Positions 62,896 through 64,000 of a DNA stretch of 64,000 nucleotides are shown here, one piece after another. The translations under genes and the position numbers were made by a program. How positions within the stretch are numbered: the stretch's first letter is position 1; each line of letters begins with the position of its first letter. The DNA lies in the NCBI GenBank assembly GCA_032718475.1, contig JAUCBJ010007128.1:7915-71914 (forward strand), in the 5' to 3' direction. This stretch comes from Nemertoderma westbladi. Taxonomy: Eukaryota; Animalia; Xenacoelomorpha. The notes under the pieces were generated by a model. The model saw only the letters and a list, made by a program, of their open reading frames with translations, searched no databases and had not been told where the DNA came from.

Positions 62896-64000
62896 ATATG
62901 AGATTAGGAATATAAACCAAAGTTGAGATTTCGACGCACATTTATAGGTTTTCTGGACCGCTGAATCAATTGAAAGTATTATAGAAGCCTGAAGACTTAG
63001 TGGTTCGGCATTTTTGGTGCACCAAAATTAGGGAGTGTCACTTATTCAAATTTTGAAAAAGTACCACGCCCTAATTGTGGTGTACCAATAATGACGTACC
63101 ACTAAGACTTGAAGCTTCAATATTACTTTCAATCGATTCAGCGGTTCAGATAACCTATAAAAATGGGTTGAATTGAAAACCTTGTGGTATTTTCTGAATA
63201 TCGTAATTTTGAAAATTTGAAGTAAGCCTACTTGCCATGTCCTATTTTTGGTGCACCAAAAATAACGTACCACTTCCCTTACATACTTATCTAGAGTAGT
63301 AGAGTGCTCCATACGAATCAGAATCAATAAGAAAAAGCCCCAACATAAAGAATTACTAACTCACAAATGACCTTGTAAAATTCGAAAATTTCAAAACAAT
63401 TTCTGCTGGGGACCAAATTTTGAGGTGGCACCCACATCGAAAAGTTATTTAGTCAGTTATTTAGTTGTTTAGTTATTAAGTCTAATTGCAACGCCGTTTT
63501 TTGCAAAAGATGCGCCATTAAATTTGACTAATTCTCGCAAAAAATTGGGCTGGTACATAATGTGGTTGCATAGATACAGCAATTAAAAACTAGGAAGGGG
63601 CCGATTCCCCCCCCCCCCCCCCCCCATTGGTAATAGGGTTAAGGAAATGGACAGTGAACCATGTCGCCTTAAAAGTACTGCCCCCACTAGTGAAAATAAA
63701 TATTGCCCAGGACATATTAGTAGAACATTGCAATGTAAGAAAAGGCGCTCTAGCGCCTAAGACATACAGACACTGGTAATAATCATGGTCATATATATAT
63801 CTGGAATATAAACTGTGTTCCTCCATATATCTGGAATATAAAGTGCTCACTCCTGCCATTTTTAGATTTGCTTGTGCCAGGGATAACCGTATCTTAACAC
63901 CAGGACCACCTGATGTGATTTCTAATTATGTTGATACCAAATGGAATTATTCGACTGGTGTTGCTCTTTGAAATAATAATGGCTCTATTATTGCGGATGA

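Larger units (their letters stand above)
50613..63638. mobile_element. Non-autonomous TTAA-specific (piggyBac-like) DNA element, ~1.24 kb without the BEL insert
   Basis: TTAA at 50609-12 and 63639-42. TIR CCCTATTACCA(C/A)TGGGG. Internal direct and inverted subrepeats (GCTGAATC..TTGAAA, CACCAAAA) on both sides of the BEL insertion. Confidence 0.82.

Overview
This is eukaryotic, AT-rich, invertebrate-like animal DNA, not prokaryotic. It is almost entirely nested transposable elements. (1) A damaged BEL/Pao LTR retrotransposon on the minus strand (1-10901), running off the left edge. (2) A degenerate THAP/P-element-type transposase (~19530-26965) split by an intact Ty1/copia element with identical 266-bp LTRs and an AAACC TSD, with a pogo-like element just upstream. 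(3) A 30/36-bp minisatellite followed by a fully paired type III hammerhead ribozyme (27675-27728). (4) Several LINE remnants, one carrying a hAT insertion. (5) The only host-like gene, a single-exon class A GPCR with one in-frame TAA (35997-37223). (6) A decayed GalEa-like copia element carrying a 5'-inverted Penelope insertion. (7) A Crypton-like remnant. (8) A TTAA-flanked piggyBac-like non-autonomous element containing a complete but internally deleted BEL/Pao element (51113-62895, ATATG TSD). The most interesting signals are the type III hammerhead and the missing tRNA primer-binding site in both BEL elements. In the second BEL element that position is complementary over 12 nt to its own LTR, which suggests self-priming. 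All family calls come from motif recognition by eye; no database search was run.
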